DNA of 64,000 nucleotides from positions 10,757,874 to 10,821,873 of the forward strand of contig OZ316894.1 of the NCBI GenBank assembly GCA_973895155.1. Reading direction: 5' to 3'. The notes under the pieces were generated by a model. The model was not told where the DNA came from and searched no databases. It saw nothing but the letters and a program-made list of their open reading frames with translations. This DNA comes from Marsupella aquatica. Its lineage: Eukaryota > Plantae > Marchantiophyta. Within the stretch, counting starts at the first letter, position 1. Each line of letters opens with the position of its first letter. Position numbers and translations under genes: made by a program. Shown here in pieces: positions 1 to 14,178 of the stretch.

Positions 1-950
1 TCCTCTTTGGAGACCTCATCTTAACCACATCGACCACAAGCTGGCTAAGTGCTCTAGGAATCCTCCTGGATGGTTGAAGAGAGGAATTGGCCGGTGCTGC
101 AAATAAAATTTGTTGGGAAAAGCGTGTATTTGGTGGTGTTTGAAACTGCGGATCATCGGGACCTTGCTCTGTCATCTGCCCTATGGTTCCTCGAGCGCAA
201 GTTTGTTTATACATTCCCATGGGACCCTTCATTTGACATATATTCGGGTTGAAAAGTTCACTAAGCTTCATGTCTGGATTGAGCTCCCTTTTTGAGCTGT
301 GGTGCTGGAAGGATGTAGAAGTAAGATTGTTGAATCCTTAGGCAAGCTGTTGCACTACATTCAAGGGGAAGAGTACAGTTCTTACCCCCATGACAGAGCT
401 TGTATTCTCTGGGATAGTGAGCGTGAGGTGCCTAAGAGTGCTTGTGTAAGGATAAGGGACGATATAATTATCTGGCAGCCGATACTATTCAAGAACATAC
501 CATATCATTGCTTTAAGTGCAACAGGAAGGGTACGTCACTTGGCTCAGGAGTGCAGGGAAGGGAGAGATGTAGTGGCAGAACATCTTCTACCGCTTCCGC
601 TGCTTCAACATCTTCTATCGCTTCCTGCAATCCATGCCAAGACAAATCTTGGCATGGATTGCAGGAAAAGGGGAATGTGTTGAACCGGTACTGGCATTTG
701 ATAAGGCGAGCTGCAACATGAGAAAGATGTACTGTATTGAAAAGCAAGGGTCACCTAAGAGAAGAGAGGAAGAAATGATGATGCTGCAAAATCAACTTGG
801 GGTGCCGAAGTCGGCAATAATGGAAGAATACTCTGAAAATGAACTTAAGGAATATGTTGATACAGAAGATTTACTACATGCTGCTGAGTTAGAGGAGGCA
901 CACAGGGGAAGAAGACTTGCAAGAATTAAATGGCTGGGAGAGGGAGATGA
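1..950 (+). mobile_element. Decayed L1-type LINE fragment (ORF1 DUF4283/zinc-knuckle region joined to a short ORF2 piece)
   Basis: Broken ORFs 70-252, 110-295 and 299-721 give 'LWFLERKFVYTFPWDPSFD', 'LHVWIELP', 'WQPILFKNIPYHCFKCNRKG' (CCHC knuckle start), typical of plant LINE ORF1. 'ARIKWLGEGDE' (~920-950) is the conserved post-endonuclease ORF2 motif. Stops, frameshifts and an internal deletion; truncated by the window edge. Confidence 0.75.
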
Positions 951-1924
951 AACCACCCAACAAGAACAAACTAGTGAATAAATAATGAAACCACAACATG
1001 GAAAGGATCCAAGATTGAAATTGATCGATGGGTTTATTTGCAAGATCATGAAGCTACAAACGATTTAAAATTAGAGTGAAACAGGATGTGAGTGTTATGG
1101 AGCTCAGATTGGCACATAGGCTCATCCAACATGACACATAACTTTGATACAACACTTAATATATTTCCAGAGACTTGTCCAGGTATGTATGATGGACCCA
1201 CAAAATGAGGTGTGTTACTTGATGGGACCCTGAGTGATTTAGACCATTGATAGACCTTAGATAAAGGTACCAAAGTGTAAGGGGTCCCATTAAGTAACAC
1301 CTTTCATTTTCATTTTGGGGTCCATCAAGCAAATACTTCAAGTCTTGTTTATCATATTGAATTTAAGATCCCCTTTAGGGAGATGGGAGGACGGGGCCCA
1401 CAACTAATTTAACTCTACAAAAGGGCCAAAGGGAGTAAAAAGGGGGAGTAAAAGGGGTCCAAAATGAAACAGGAAATATATATATATATCACAAAAGGGG
1501 GCAAACAAAGTGTACTAAAGAGCAAACAAAAGAAGTCCAAAAAGGACAAACACTAAAGAAGAGCCCATTGCAACACCTAAAATACAGGAAGGGGAAAAAG
1601 TGAGCCCACCACCATCAATGTGCATTTCTGTTCTAACATTTGTATGGGAAACGTCGAGAGAGGGTTATTACCAAAGGAGCATGACCTAAACCCTTGAGAG
1701 AAGCGCAAAGGCCTACGGTACAAATAACTGCTTAGAATCGACCTTCGAAGGCGATGATGATTCGAACGAACTTGGATTTGGATATGGAGGGCGATCGGTT
1801 GACGAAGGGCTTCTTTCCGAACTGAGTATCGATGTTCAGCTCCTTCAGTGTCGAAGCGCAGGCTTGGAACAGTTCTGTGGAGATCAAGGCAGCAGCGGGG
1901 CTTGGAAGCAGCGAGCAGCGGAGT

Positions 1925-1940
1925 TTTAGGGTTTAGGGTT
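1925..1940 (+). promoter_or_regulatory. Telo-box (TTAGGGTTTAGGGTTT) upstream of RAE1 start
   Basis: Two tandem plant telomere-like units ~90 bp before the RAE1 ATG. Telo-boxes are known in leaders of plant housekeeping/RNA-processing genes; function here is inferred. Confidence 0.5.
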
Positions 1941-2028
1941 TGCTAGTACTGTGGAGAAGGAAGCCAATTGGTGAGGTATCAAAAGAGTTTAATCTGAGTG
2001 AAAGCTCGTGGTCTATTCACGCCGGAGC

Positions 2029-5000
2029 ATGGCAAGCTTCGGGACTATTACCAATACCGCACCGCATAACCCCAATAAATCCTTCGAGGTAGGGCTATTC
2101 TCGATTGTCAGTCACTCCGTCTCCTGTTCTCGGCGACTTTTTAAGATTGAAAACTCTTAATTCTATGACAGTTGTTGAATTTATTCACGTGGAGTGAGTT
2201 GGGGTTGTTGCAGGGAACCCATTTATGGGCGTATAGTACAGCATTAAGATCATTTGAGGAGTGCCCCCGTCGGTTTGGTTTTGCAGGTGGTACAGCCTCC
2301 TACAGATGGCATTTCGAGTCTGAACTTCAGCCCGAAGGCCAACTACCTGGTGGCTACGTCTTGGGATAATCAGGTATAGAGGACCAAATGTGCTGATCTG
2401 ACAATCAGCAGGCGAGTTGAATGAATGGCATCCGAACATTTGACACCAACTATGAGGAGATGTGAATTGCGTAGCAAAAAATTACAGGATACTTTTTCAG
2501 CGTCCAATTAATTAACGAGTTCTAGGAGGTGACACGCAGACGGACGCGTCTTGCTTCTTTCAGCCAACCTATGACAATTTGAATGAGACAAGCTGACGGG
2601 ATGTTTGTGATGTTTCCTGAGTCTTAGGTGAGATGTTGGGAGATTCAGCCGAATGGCTCCAGTGTGCCAAAGGCTGCTATGTCACATGATCAACCGGTAC
2701 GTAGCATCTCAGACATATTTGATTAGATGAATGTCGTAGTCGTGCATCTACCGGTGTGTAAATATGTAGTAAAGTGTAGCCATTCCAGCTTGATAGGCCG
2801 GAAGACTTTCCGGGGAGTGAGTACAGATAATGTAATGGAAGCTGTTGTCTACAGTGTTGCAGAGTTATATAAATGGGTCAACCTTATTTACGCGTCGCTC
2901 TTCTATCATAAGGTCATTAAATACCACTTTTCCAGGAATTTGCCTCGGATATTCAGATAGAGGGGTTGCGAACTGCTTGGATAACTGAACGACTCTCATC
3001 ATGTAGGTGCTTTGTTCGGCCTGGAAGGATGATGGCTCCGCTGTATTCTCTGGAGGATGTGACAAGCAAGCTAAAATGTGGCCACTTCTCACCGGTGGGG
3101 CTCCAACAACTGTGGGAATGCATGATGCACCGATTAAAGACATTTCCTGGATACCAGAAATGAGTCTCTTGGTTACAGGGAGCTGGGATAAAACCCTGAA
3201 GTATGATCAATTTTTGACGCTTATCCACTTCCATGTCAGTGGCACTATTTGCGATACTCATACAGAAATGTTATACTATGTTTTGTGACTCGGACCTTTG
3301 GACGCGTCCCTTTGTAATTCTCTCTCAGTTCGAGTCTAGGTCCGAAGTCTGAACGTGTTTCGCGCCGCAACACATGGAACGTTCCTCATGTAGATTGTGG
3401 TGCCATAATGTTTTGATCCGACAGGTCAAGATTATGGGTTGTTATTACTGAAGGTTTGGCTGTTTGAATCTCTTAGAGAAGAAACATTGCAAGGTCCTAC
3501 TTTGCTCAATTTGGAAGTCTCCCTGCTTCTAATGAAAAGTTGTGTTTCGCAGATACTGGGACACAAGGCAGCAGACCCCTGCGCATACACAGCAACTCCC
3601 TGAGCGTGTCTATGCTATGAGTGTACGGCACCCTCTTATGGTGGTAGCCACTGCAGATCGAAACATTCTTGTCTATAATCTTGCCAACCCTCAGGTTCTT
3701 CGCTTACTCCTAAACCCAATGAAACAACCCTAACCGTCGTTGTGTCATCAGCATTCACCCCCGTATATGTTCTCCTCTAGGTTTCCATTGTCCTATATGT
3801 CCATTTACGAGAAAATGTCGTGAGGCTAGGAATTGGAAACGTGCAATGAATCATTGGGCCATTAATTAGAATATTATTTCCTCATGTGTATCACAGACAG
3901 AGTACAAAAGGCTTCCTTCACCTTTGAAGTATCAAACACGATGCGTTGCCACATTTCCAGACAAGCAGGGATTTTTGGTAGGTTTCGCAACTTCTATCTT
4001 GAAGCAGAGTGGTTTCTAAAATGTTGGTCAAAACGTAAGATGGTAAATGCCACATTGTCTATGATCCTGATTTATCGAAGCTGTTCGAATGGGTGCGTTT
4101 GTTCTCACTGGGACTTATTATTTCGTACGAGCTGCTGCAGTTGATGAAAGTGATCGCCTTGCAGGTTGGTTCAATTGAAGGTCGAGTTGCAGTACAGCAC
4201 ATTGACGAATCCCAGCATGCCAAGAATTTTACATTCAAGTGCCATCGAGACAACAATGATATATATGCCGTGAACGCAATCAACTTTCATCCTGTGAGTC
4301 CATTGCAATAGCAGTTCAGCTCTGTTAAAAATAGTTAATAGATTCTTTTTCACGATGTTGTTCGCAAACAATAAGCCATGTAGTATTGATTACAGGTACA
4401 TGCAACATTCGCAACATCTGGATCTGACGGGGCTTACAACTTCTGGGACAAGGACAGTAAACAAAGGCTTAAGGTGCTGTGACTTGCCAACTCGCTGCAC
4501 CCAGCTTTTTGTGCTGGTTGATACTACTTCATGCAAGTTGAAGATTTTTTAGTATTTCAACTGATATATTTACTTATTTTTCAGGCTCTTCAGAGGTGTA
4601 ATCAACCCATTCCGTGTAGTACATTCAACAGTGATGGTACTATCTTTGCATATGGGGTAATAAGCTTCTCAGAGTATTTATCTCCGTACGCTTGACTTTA
4701 AACGTCAACTAGTGCTTCTCGAAGATCTTAAGCTCAAATCCTGAACTTGTGATCCCTGTTGTGGCCATTTTTGCTTATTTCGGGACAAGCAGGGTATTAA
4801 TTTTTATGTCTGATTCTCACTGGCTGCTCAGGTGAGTTATGACTGGAGTAAGGGTGCTGAGAATCACAATCCTGCACAAGCACACAATTACATTCTCCTC
4901 CATCCGACTCAGGTATTTTGCTTTTGGCTTTGTACACTTGTCTATACATTGAATGTCTTTTCCCGCCGTTCACATTCTTTTCACGAGAATCGCACCAGAG

Positions 5001-5129
5001 GACAAGTATGTCATGCGTTTTTATCGAGGAAAGTCGTTTTCAATTTCAAGGCTTCTCATGTAAGATGTACTTATGCAGGACTCAGAAGTGAAAACAAAAC
5101 CACGAGTTACAGGGACAGGGAGGAAGTAG
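2029..5129 (+). CDS. RAE1: mRNA export factor RAE1 (WD40), 11 exons, ~347 aa
   Basis: Exons 2029-2088, 2287-2373, 2628-2696, 3007-3200, 3553-3694, 3897-3977, 4165-4293, 4396-4473, 4585-4656, 4832-4912, 5079-5129; all GT-AG and frame-consistent. Motifs [61 protein letters not shown]. Confidence 0.96.
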
Positions 5130-6475
5130 AGCTGGTGGATTGCAGAACTTGTGACGGCATACTTTACCTATCTTTCCCTTCAGTTTCAAGTTTTGAAGTG
5201 GCTTAGATCACTTATTCAATGATGGGGAGCGACCATTTGTAAAGAGTTATAGTACGCAGAAGGCCTATTTCTAACTGATATAGCATGAGCGAACACTGGG
5301 TTGTGAAACATAAGAACAAAAAGCTTTGAGGCTTTTCTTCTATAGTATATTTCTCAGTGCTCTTGTAAGCAACATGAGGCACAAATCATGCTAGCCCCTA
5401 GCTTGAGGGTCTGAAGTTATCGACAGCGCCCAAGTTGTGGCATATGGTGTCTACCCAGCGGTCTTGTTTGTAGGAGGTTGAATGCAGGTGTACATCAGCT
5501 TCGAGTCCTTTGTACAAATTCTTGAATGGAATATGAGGAGAATCCAATTTCTCTATGGAGATTGACGTGCACTCAATATTGCAATGAGTCGATAAGCAGT
5601 GGACTAAATGGGTAAGCGCACTGAAGTGTAAGTTCGGAGTGGAGCGTTTCCCCTATGTTTAGCAACTGGTGGTCACGTACATTTTCGAATCCAAATTCAT
5701 CTGGGAGCCTCTACAGATGTGGCTTAATCTGAGAATGCTTCAAACAATGGATCCCTTCATCAAGATCAATGCTCAGAGGATGACATTACAGTTGGGTAAT
5801 TCAGATTGTTCTTCAGTGTGCCTAATTTGGTTCTAGAAAAAGTGGAAATCGTGGTTGTGGTTTGTCAGGTATGCTTTTATTCTATTTCTATCAAGGTTAG
5901 AATGTTGGCTAGTGAATTTGGTGTTAGTGCTCTCTTGTCACTGGCTGTAAACTGCGGCATCCATTGACAGGTCCTTTCGAAGTGTATAATGCCCTGTTTG
6001 CTTTTGTCATCGGTTCCAGGAGGTCTCCTTTCTGTGCGCAAAAAATATGAGGAGATCGCCCCTGTCGCCTTTCTCACTCGTAAACGAACCACATTCTGTT
6101 CCTCTTTATCGATATTTTACTTCGATACCCATCTCTGAAGTATGTACTGGATCTATCTAACATAGAAAACCAACTTGATTTTAACAGAGCCTCGCAAATT
6201 TTCTCATAACCTTATATGGACACACAAGGCCCGTGATCTTATGAAAGCTTCTTGCTCGTCTTGCAAGATGAATTTGAGAGATTTTTCGGTAAGTATCTAT
6301 CTATCTATACTGTAATTCATGATCCAAATTTATTGGGCATGATCTCTTCCAGTCATGCCATAGCCCATAATTTCTGTGGGAATAGAAAACTTGGATATTC
6401 GAGTAGGAAGGTCATGGGGAGTCTGGGTGCAGGGGCCTTTTCTTGTGCAAATGCTTGGGTGTTTGGGCTAGTATG

Positions 6476-6630
6476 TACGAGTCCCGGGCCAGTATATATG
6501 AGTCCGGGGCCATGCAATTTGCCTGCTAGAGCCCGGGCCAGTACATATGAGCCCAGAGCCATGCGAACCTTTTCTTGTGTATTCTTGGGTATATATTGGC
6601 TAATACATATGAGCCCGGGGCCATGCAACT
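6476..6630. repeat. Degenerate tandem cluster of CCCGGG(G)CCA / TATATGAG units
   Basis: About six imperfect copies such as 'gagtcccgggccagtatatat', 'gagcccggggccatgcaa'. Confidence 0.6.
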
Positions 6631-7004
6631 TACCTTTTTCCTGAGCTGGCGGAATTCCTTATTTTATAAGAGAAAAATAAAACTCGCTTCAGCAGGCCAC
6701 ACTAAAGGAAACATAGCAAGCATTTTGTCCCAGATATCCTGATTTCTCCTGTCCCCATGGCAATCGAGGACTCCTGAAATATTCACTCAGATTGGCACTT
6801 TAACTACTTATTGGAGAAAGCACATATATGACTTCCAAAACACACAACGAAGGTTTGTCTTTCTTCAAAGATATGGCACTTCAATATTTTGGAGAAAGAA
6901 CATTTATGACACTTCCAAAGTACATAAAAGAGGGTTTCCTTTTCCTCAAGTTGTTTGATGCTGCCGCATTGGAGCTCGAGCATCTAGGGAGTCTGATAAA
7001 GGAC

Positions 7005-7545
7005 AATTTTACAAAAAGTGCCAAACAAAGTATGGAGTAAAAGCAGAAGTGCATTCGAGCGCGAGTATATTACACAAGACTCTGGGAAAAGAGCCAATTT
7101 ACCAAAGAGTGCCAAACAAAGTCTGAAAAAGCGCAGTTTACTAAAACGGGTCAAACAAAGTATAATAGGTAAAAGCAAAAGAGGTCCGGACTACAAAGAG
7201 CAAACTCAAAAGAAGGGAGAATGCAAACCTAGAATGCAAACCTAGAATGTGGAAAATGCAGGGAAAAGTCGGAATGTGCCAACAAAGATGTGTTGTTGAT
7301 TCGGTGGTCTTCAAGACTGCATCCAAATCTCATGAAGGTTTGATCAGTTCTACCAAGATCAGGATCGATGGCATTTCAAGGAATGTCGACGCGTTACTCT
7401 ATGTACTTTCCCACTCTAGGAAGCTTTTTGTGCATCGACCACGTGTGTCATTTGCTTACACCAGTCTTCGACTACGTTTGGAATTTTGGCTTGAGAGCTT
7501 TTGCAACCATTTACTCCATTGTACTTTGTTTGGCTCTTTTCAATA
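7005..7545. repeat. Dispersed repeat with internal direct and inverted GCCAAACAAAGT units (MITE/foldback-like)
   Basis: '(g)ccaaacaaagt' three times at ~7020-7160 and inverted 'actttgtttggc' at ~7523-7534. A related copy lies on the minus strand at ~44550-44600. Confidence 0.55.
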
Positions 7546-10500
7546 ATTGGTCCTTTTTCTCTTTTGCAACCTGCACACTATCGAACTTTGCTCGCCATCA
7601 GGAAATCCAAAATTCCTTTTTGCATTCGTGATATGTTCATCTTGTGCGTTAAAAATGGATCATACAGGTGGTAATGTTTTTTGAAAGAGTTGCAAATTAT
7701 AACCTAACTGTGGGCCACTAAGGAAGATCATCTTTTTGTTGTTGCAAGTTTTGTCAGAAAACTTTTCAAGGAAGTTTTGTCTGAAAAATGTCCATCTTAA
7801 TTAACATGTTACCTGCCATGAGCAAAGAGCAGCTTGGACAGACCACAATGTTTTAAAAACAACCTGAATGGACCTCTCCAACCCAAATGGACCATTTCCA
7901 AATGTCAGTTTGAACTCAAATAGTATCTTTTTATTGTATGCACCGTCACATTTTGGGTCTCAAAACTGCTAGAGATCCATCCCAATTGTAGTGACTAGAT
8001 ATGGTGGCTGTAATGGGACTGAGTGAACCCTTCTACCAGAATAGGTTTGGATTCATTTTATGGTTGTGTAAAGGTGGCTGACCCTGATCCACTCTCAGAC
8101 TTGGGCTGATTTTGGTGGTGTTCTTGGGCCTCCATGTGATTTTGGTGCTGTGATGCTTGGTTGCCATGTGACTTGGTGCTTTGGGCCTGTTTTCTCTTTG
8201 CCACATCGATCTTCTCCCTCGTCTTCTCCACACTGGTGTTTTGAATTTCATTGGGCCCACTGTGGCTTAATTGACTTAAAAAAACAAGGGTGCCACATTG
8301 CTCGAGTAAGGGTCTAGAGGCTTCACTCTAGAATATAGTCATTACAGTCTACCGTGCATAAGTGCATTTCATAGATAACTGCAGGCTGGTAGTCCCCCTA
8401 ATATCACAACAATTTCCTTTGTAAACGCACCAAAAATGCATTATTTGTTAGTGCAGGTTAAAGTCACTAAACACCAAATACATAAGGGTATTTCTGTCTA
8501 TAAGAGTACATGTGCATTTATCAATTACTGCAATGCATACATTAGGAACATTTATTGATAAGTGCGACCGACAATTACATACAGTAGTTTCATGCACTTA
8601 TCCAGTTGAATCGTGCACTATGAGGGTTTGGGTGTGAGGAGTCCAATGTGTATGACCTGACAAGAAACACGAGGAAGTGCATATATAAGCGATTTCCTAT
8701 GCACTTATAATTGGATAGTGGACCATGAAAATAATACGGAGAAGTTTATAAGTGATATCCCTTGCACTTATGACATACTGCATAACAGGGATAAGTGCAG
8801 GTTTGGGGTGTTGTCCCAGGAGCCTGTTCATAGCTAGACATGATAGACTGCACTCTAACCTCTCTTCATGCTTATACGAGTTCAATTTCTGTCGAGATTC
8901 CTGTGCTTTGGGCAGAAGTTGTCATTGTGTAAAACATGTCCTTGCATAAATGATGTTGTTACTCAAATCATGTCGTTGAGTCAAAACCATCATTGCGCAA
9001 AAGATGTCACTTAGTAAAGATATCATCAAGTAAGAGATGCCATTAAATAAAACATGTCATTTACTGAAAGATGATATTGCGCAAAAGATGTCCATGCATA
9101 AAATATATTATTACACAAAAGATAACAACATGAGGTTGGCATGTGAATCTATCTACAGTATCATGGAATGTACTCATTTGATGGTAGTACCAAGGGGAGG
9201 GGCAAGTACACTCTACTTGCATGGCACATGGGGAGTACATTGGAGCAAGAGTGAATACAAAGAAGATGGTGGCAAGGGATTGAACCAATGACTCTACTTG
9301 CAAGTAGAAAGTACAAGTACACTTAGGAGTGTGATAGTGGAGTATCAAGAAGGATACTTCCCCCTCCACTCGTTGCAGTGGTTTGTTTTGTTTATTTTCT
9401 CTTCTAGCTTGCTTTCCTAATTTTCTTTGGCACAGAAAACGCTAAAGTTTGTAAGGCTACCACAATGGGGGGACCTCTAATTATAGTTTTACATTATTAT
9501 GAGATGAGAATTATTAAGTCAACTGTGGTGGTCAAAACATTTGAGTTGGTGACCTAAGTGGAATGTATGAGACTGATATGCATATCAGAATAACAATCAT
9601 GGTTGTGAAGTTGGTCTGACTTCTTGGGTCAACCATGGTGCTACAAGCGTCATACCCTATTTGGTGACCTAAGTAAACCTAAGAGTTCTCATAGACAAAG
9701 ACTTATTCACACTTAAAAATGTTAACAGTCGTGCAAAGTTTTTTTAAAAAAATTTAAATGATATGACCATTTCATTGCAAACTCTAATAAAGGGCAATCA
9801 AAAGCTACCCTGGGCACACTGTCTAGAGTGAAGCCTCTAGACCATGACACTAACCCAGAGCATAACTGAAATAGAGGGTGCGACAAAAAACATGGACAGG
9901 GCTGCAAGCAGGGCCGACATAAACAAGAAATAGTATAGAATCCTTTTTCCTGCAAAGTTATGTTTGGAGGCAGCCAAGGCCACCTGCAAACCAAAAACAC
10001 TAGTCAGGCCAGGACGTCCAAAAGAGTTGCCCCTTGGTGTTGTCCTCAAACATCCAAAGGGGTTCCAATTGGTTACAGAGATGCCAGTGGGCTGGTGTTG
10101 TGTCTACCCAGAAAACTACGGGTGTTGTGTCTATCCAGAAAACTACTCATGTAGTTGTAGTGCTGATTCCTACCCGACTTCCTCATGCTATGGATGAGAA
10201 TCATCCGGTCCGTTCTGGGGAGGACGAAGGTGCATCCAAGCTGGTGGTTAGTGTGGTACATAACATAGCACATTGTCTGTTTTGGGTTGTAGACACCTTT
10301 CTTTACTCCCTACTGCTTACCAAACTATGATATAAACACTATTAAAATATTTATTTTGGATTGCATGTGATGTTTATTTTGTGACAAGGTTGGTTAGTTG
10401 GAGGAGAACATCAATTTGTTTGGAGTTAGAGTAGCAATGGTTATACTCATCTACGTGACTGTAGGGACAGACGGATGGAATGAAATGGAATAGAGGGGAG

Positions 10501-10627
10501 GGCAGGTTTCGGGGGCCAATCAAATCTATTGCTGAAAACTTGGCACGTCTTCCTCTGTACTGATTTTCTTCCCTTTATTGGGACTCTACCCCTTTACTGG
10601 AACTCTATCTCCCAGTTAGGCGCTTTT

Positions 10628-12160
10628 GATATATTCAAAAACTTTTGAGGTCCCTTGCTCATAGTGCCTCAATGAAAAGGACTTGAAGTGAACTTTTGAG
10701 TTCTTTTGCCTTGAAAGGTTTTTTGATTGTCATTCAAAAGACAACATACAACAGGGTAGCCTCCAGGGCAACACGAAAAGGGACCAAAGGTAGGAAGTGC
10801 CAAACAAAACAGTGGGTGGCACCAGGATAGATGTCAGGCCTTCTTAAAGGAAGACAGTAAATCCTGCAATTTAACTACTTGAAATGAGAGAAACAGACTC
10901 CACATGACTGGCCTGTGCTCAGGTACACGCTAGGTACCATTCAACGGTTCCCTGATATATCATACTATCAACTTTTGAGATCTTTGCTTGCAGTGCCTCA
11001 ATGAAAAGGGCTTGCAGTGGGATCCAAGAGGAACTCAGCAATGAATTTCCCAGAACCTTGAGCCTATGCCCTATTAAGCTTATCCAGCATCCCAAATGTC
11101 AATGATTTGTTTTAAAGATTCCCTCAATTTGTCACGTGGAAGTTGACATCAGTTAGAATTATGTCCTGTATTCCTGAATATATTTTTCTGCCCAGATCGA
11201 GTCTACCATTGATGTCCATGTGTACAGAATGATGCACATGGAATAGTACATCTTGCACGATTTGATTCCATTTCCATTTATTGTACATAGACGTGATAAT
11301 CAAAGGTAAGCCAAATCAGTTGCTGTGCTGAAGGCCCGACCATGTTCTACCATATTGTCGGAAGCATCGTATCATCTTATTAACTTTGACTTCCGTGCCA
11401 CAAATCGAGGGAATATTTACGACAATAATTTATATTTGGGTTGCTTGGATAAGCTCTCCATGGAATTCAGGCCGAAGGTGCTTTATGTGCTCCCCTTGGG
11501 CCCCACTTCTAGTTCTTTTCATTGAGGCACATTAAGGACAAAAGGCAATCTCGAGGTCTAGTAATTCAGCTCGTAGGGGCAATTTTGATGCCCATTATGA
11601 GCCTTTCCATACAATGCTGCACTGCTGCCTGAGTCTCGTCCACTGCCCCTCCAATTTTTTTTTTGTCCCTTACTAGAAATGAATGATCCCCACTTTGTAG
11701 GCGAAATTAGTTGCTTGTGATGAAAGGCCCACCATCTCCTACCATATTGTGGGAAGTATTGTATGATGTTATTTTCAATACAGTAATGCATAGTGCTCAG
11801 TCTATTGTAATCACAAACCTTTTGTCACTGGCCTGGCTTCAGATCGACAGCACTTAACTTTGACTTCTACGCCACAAATCGAGGGAATATTTAATACAAT
11901 AATTTACATTTGCGTTGCTGGATAAGCTCTCCACAGAATTCAGGCCGAAGGTGCTGAGAAATTCATGTAAAACCTCCCCCAGGGCCCCACTTCAAGTCCT
12001 TTTCATTGAGGCACTGAGGCACTCTCATAAGTCACAACAGCCAATTCATTTATGAGCTCCACTTGGGCCCCACTCCAAGTTATATTCATTGAGGTACCCT
12101 CGTAACAACGAATTCATTTATGAGCTCCTCTTGGGCCCCACCTTTTCATTGAGGCACTCT
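10628..12160. mobile_element. Foldback/MITE-like element with multiple inverted GTGCCTCAATGAAAAG motifs and internal ~150-bp duplication
   Basis: Perfect 27-bp inverted repeat 10664-10690 vs 11988-12014. A further forward motif at ~10993 and reverse motifs at ~11517, ~12085, ~12143. Direct duplication ~11380-11530 vs ~11855-12015. Element ends not resolved. Confidence 0.6.
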
Positions 12161-14178
12161 CGTAGTCTCGTAACAACCCCAATAGACCTCAACAGTTTTG
12201 GTAAGTATATACCACCCCGTCAATGAAAAAAAGGATTCAAAACAGGATCCCAAAAGCTATAGACCCAATATGGGGACGACGTGTCAAGTTTTCAACAACA
12301 AACTTGATGAACCGGGGAGTGAAAAAGACTAGTGAAAAAGACTCCTGGAGAGGCTGCTCTTTGGAAGGGACTTCACTTAGTCAGACCCCATTCTGTCCCA
12401 TTAGCCAGAATCTAATGGTCTTCCTTAAACCTAGGGAGATCTAGCTGTCAAAAAATTGCTCAAGAAAGTAGATAAGGACTAGGACTATTCTTAGCATCTC
12501 CTTAGTGACAATTCTGCAGCAAAGAGGAGAGATAGACACTACAATTTACTGTAGGAGTCTCATAATTTTGAGCAATCAGCGGATCACATTTTTGTGGAGG
12601 TCAGATTAATGGAAAGAGCCAACGAGGGGTTAACCTCGACAAAATCAAAAAGTCTCTTTAACGATCGTCCAGCTTGATTTAGCCAAAATTAGACATCAGT
12701 AAGGCAATTATATGGCAGTCAGTCATCATTGTTGTTGGGAAATGACCGTGCTGAATTGCTGATGAAATCCACTCCTCTCTCTTCTCATGATTGTGAGAAG
12801 AACAGTCGATGGCAGAAGGCAAAACGCGGAGCACAGTATTAACGGGGATTAAAAAGATATATACAAACAAGAGAGTTCTAAACGTGCTCAAACAAAAGCC
12901 AATACTCAAAGTCAGTCAGATGATGCCTGTGGCAGTGTGGCATGCGTGGTCCTCGTAGTAGAATCCTTCGATTTTCTCTCAATTTTCTATTGTCGTCGAG
13001 GCCCCACACTCATTAATATTCAAGAGGAGCGTCTTTTCATCATCGTGACAGACTGGAATGACCTGCGACATTGCAAATGTCGACTTTTCCCGCAGCCCAT
13101 TCATCTCGTAAGAAACACGTGCAAGATTGCGTAAAAATCATTGGGACGGCCAGATAACACATGTGGACAGACAAACACAAAGATTTGGAGACCATTCTCT
13201 TCTGGGGACTCCTGTTATTAGAATTTCTTCGATCTGGTTCTGATAATGGCGATTCAAGGGTAGAGAAAGCTCTCTCTCGTTGCACTCTTGTTAGTACTAC
13301 TCTTAGAGGTTGCCGTATGTCGATCTCGTGCTTCGGTCTGTCTCGCGTTTAGTGGCTCAGATGTTTGGCTCTGGAAGCCGGGAAGAATCATACAAAGTAT
13401 ATGGGGAGAACTCAACTACAGACAATCTTCAGGTAGTCCCTACTGAGAGCTGGATTCAGAAGTCAAAGCCAGAGTCTTTCTTCGAGTTTTGCAACACGAA
13501 AGGGAAACCCAGTCAAAGCCAGATTTAATGCAGTACGGTATCCAGGTACACTAATTGATATTAACAATCATACTATCTTTATGAATAGCGGCAGTCAGTC
13601 TTGTGGTAATAAACTTACTCTACAGTATGGCTGTCACTCAATTTACTCGAAGATGACTAGAAGTGAACATTTAGTTTCCGGTCAGCTCCCGAATGCAAAG
13701 GACAGAGACTGATAGAGTATTGGAAAAGCAACAGCCGGGCTTGCAGGATGCGACGGAAAGCAGTGAGACATTGTGAGGGAAATGAGTGGACAAACTATAA
13801 GTGCTGAGTGGGTCGTCCGACATGCTGGGTTCTTCTTGAGTTGATTGGAGTTTTACGTTGTCAGTAAAGTGAGGAGAGGATTCATTCCTACTGACTCCCC
13901 GCTTCTGTGCACATGACGCACCAAACTGGGATGGAAACGGAATTCTGTTGAGTGATATCTGTTTCGGTTGGGTTTTATGCTGAGTGACAGTGTTTGCTTC
14001 TTCATGCATATGACTGACCACGCTGGAATGGAAGCAGAGTCCTGTCGAGCTGGTCCGCGGAGGCGGGAAGAAGAAGGAGACCCTTTCGGAGGGACGATTT
14101 GAGCTCTTGAACGAGATGTGCTTGATTTTGGTTTTGTTCTGAGAGTTGTTTGGGTTTCCCGTCAGCTGTGTGTGAAAG

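Noticed and set aside
6252-6644. 130-aa ORF with repeated 'MSPGPCNLP'
   Set aside because: Product of the non-coding CCCGGG tandem repeat.
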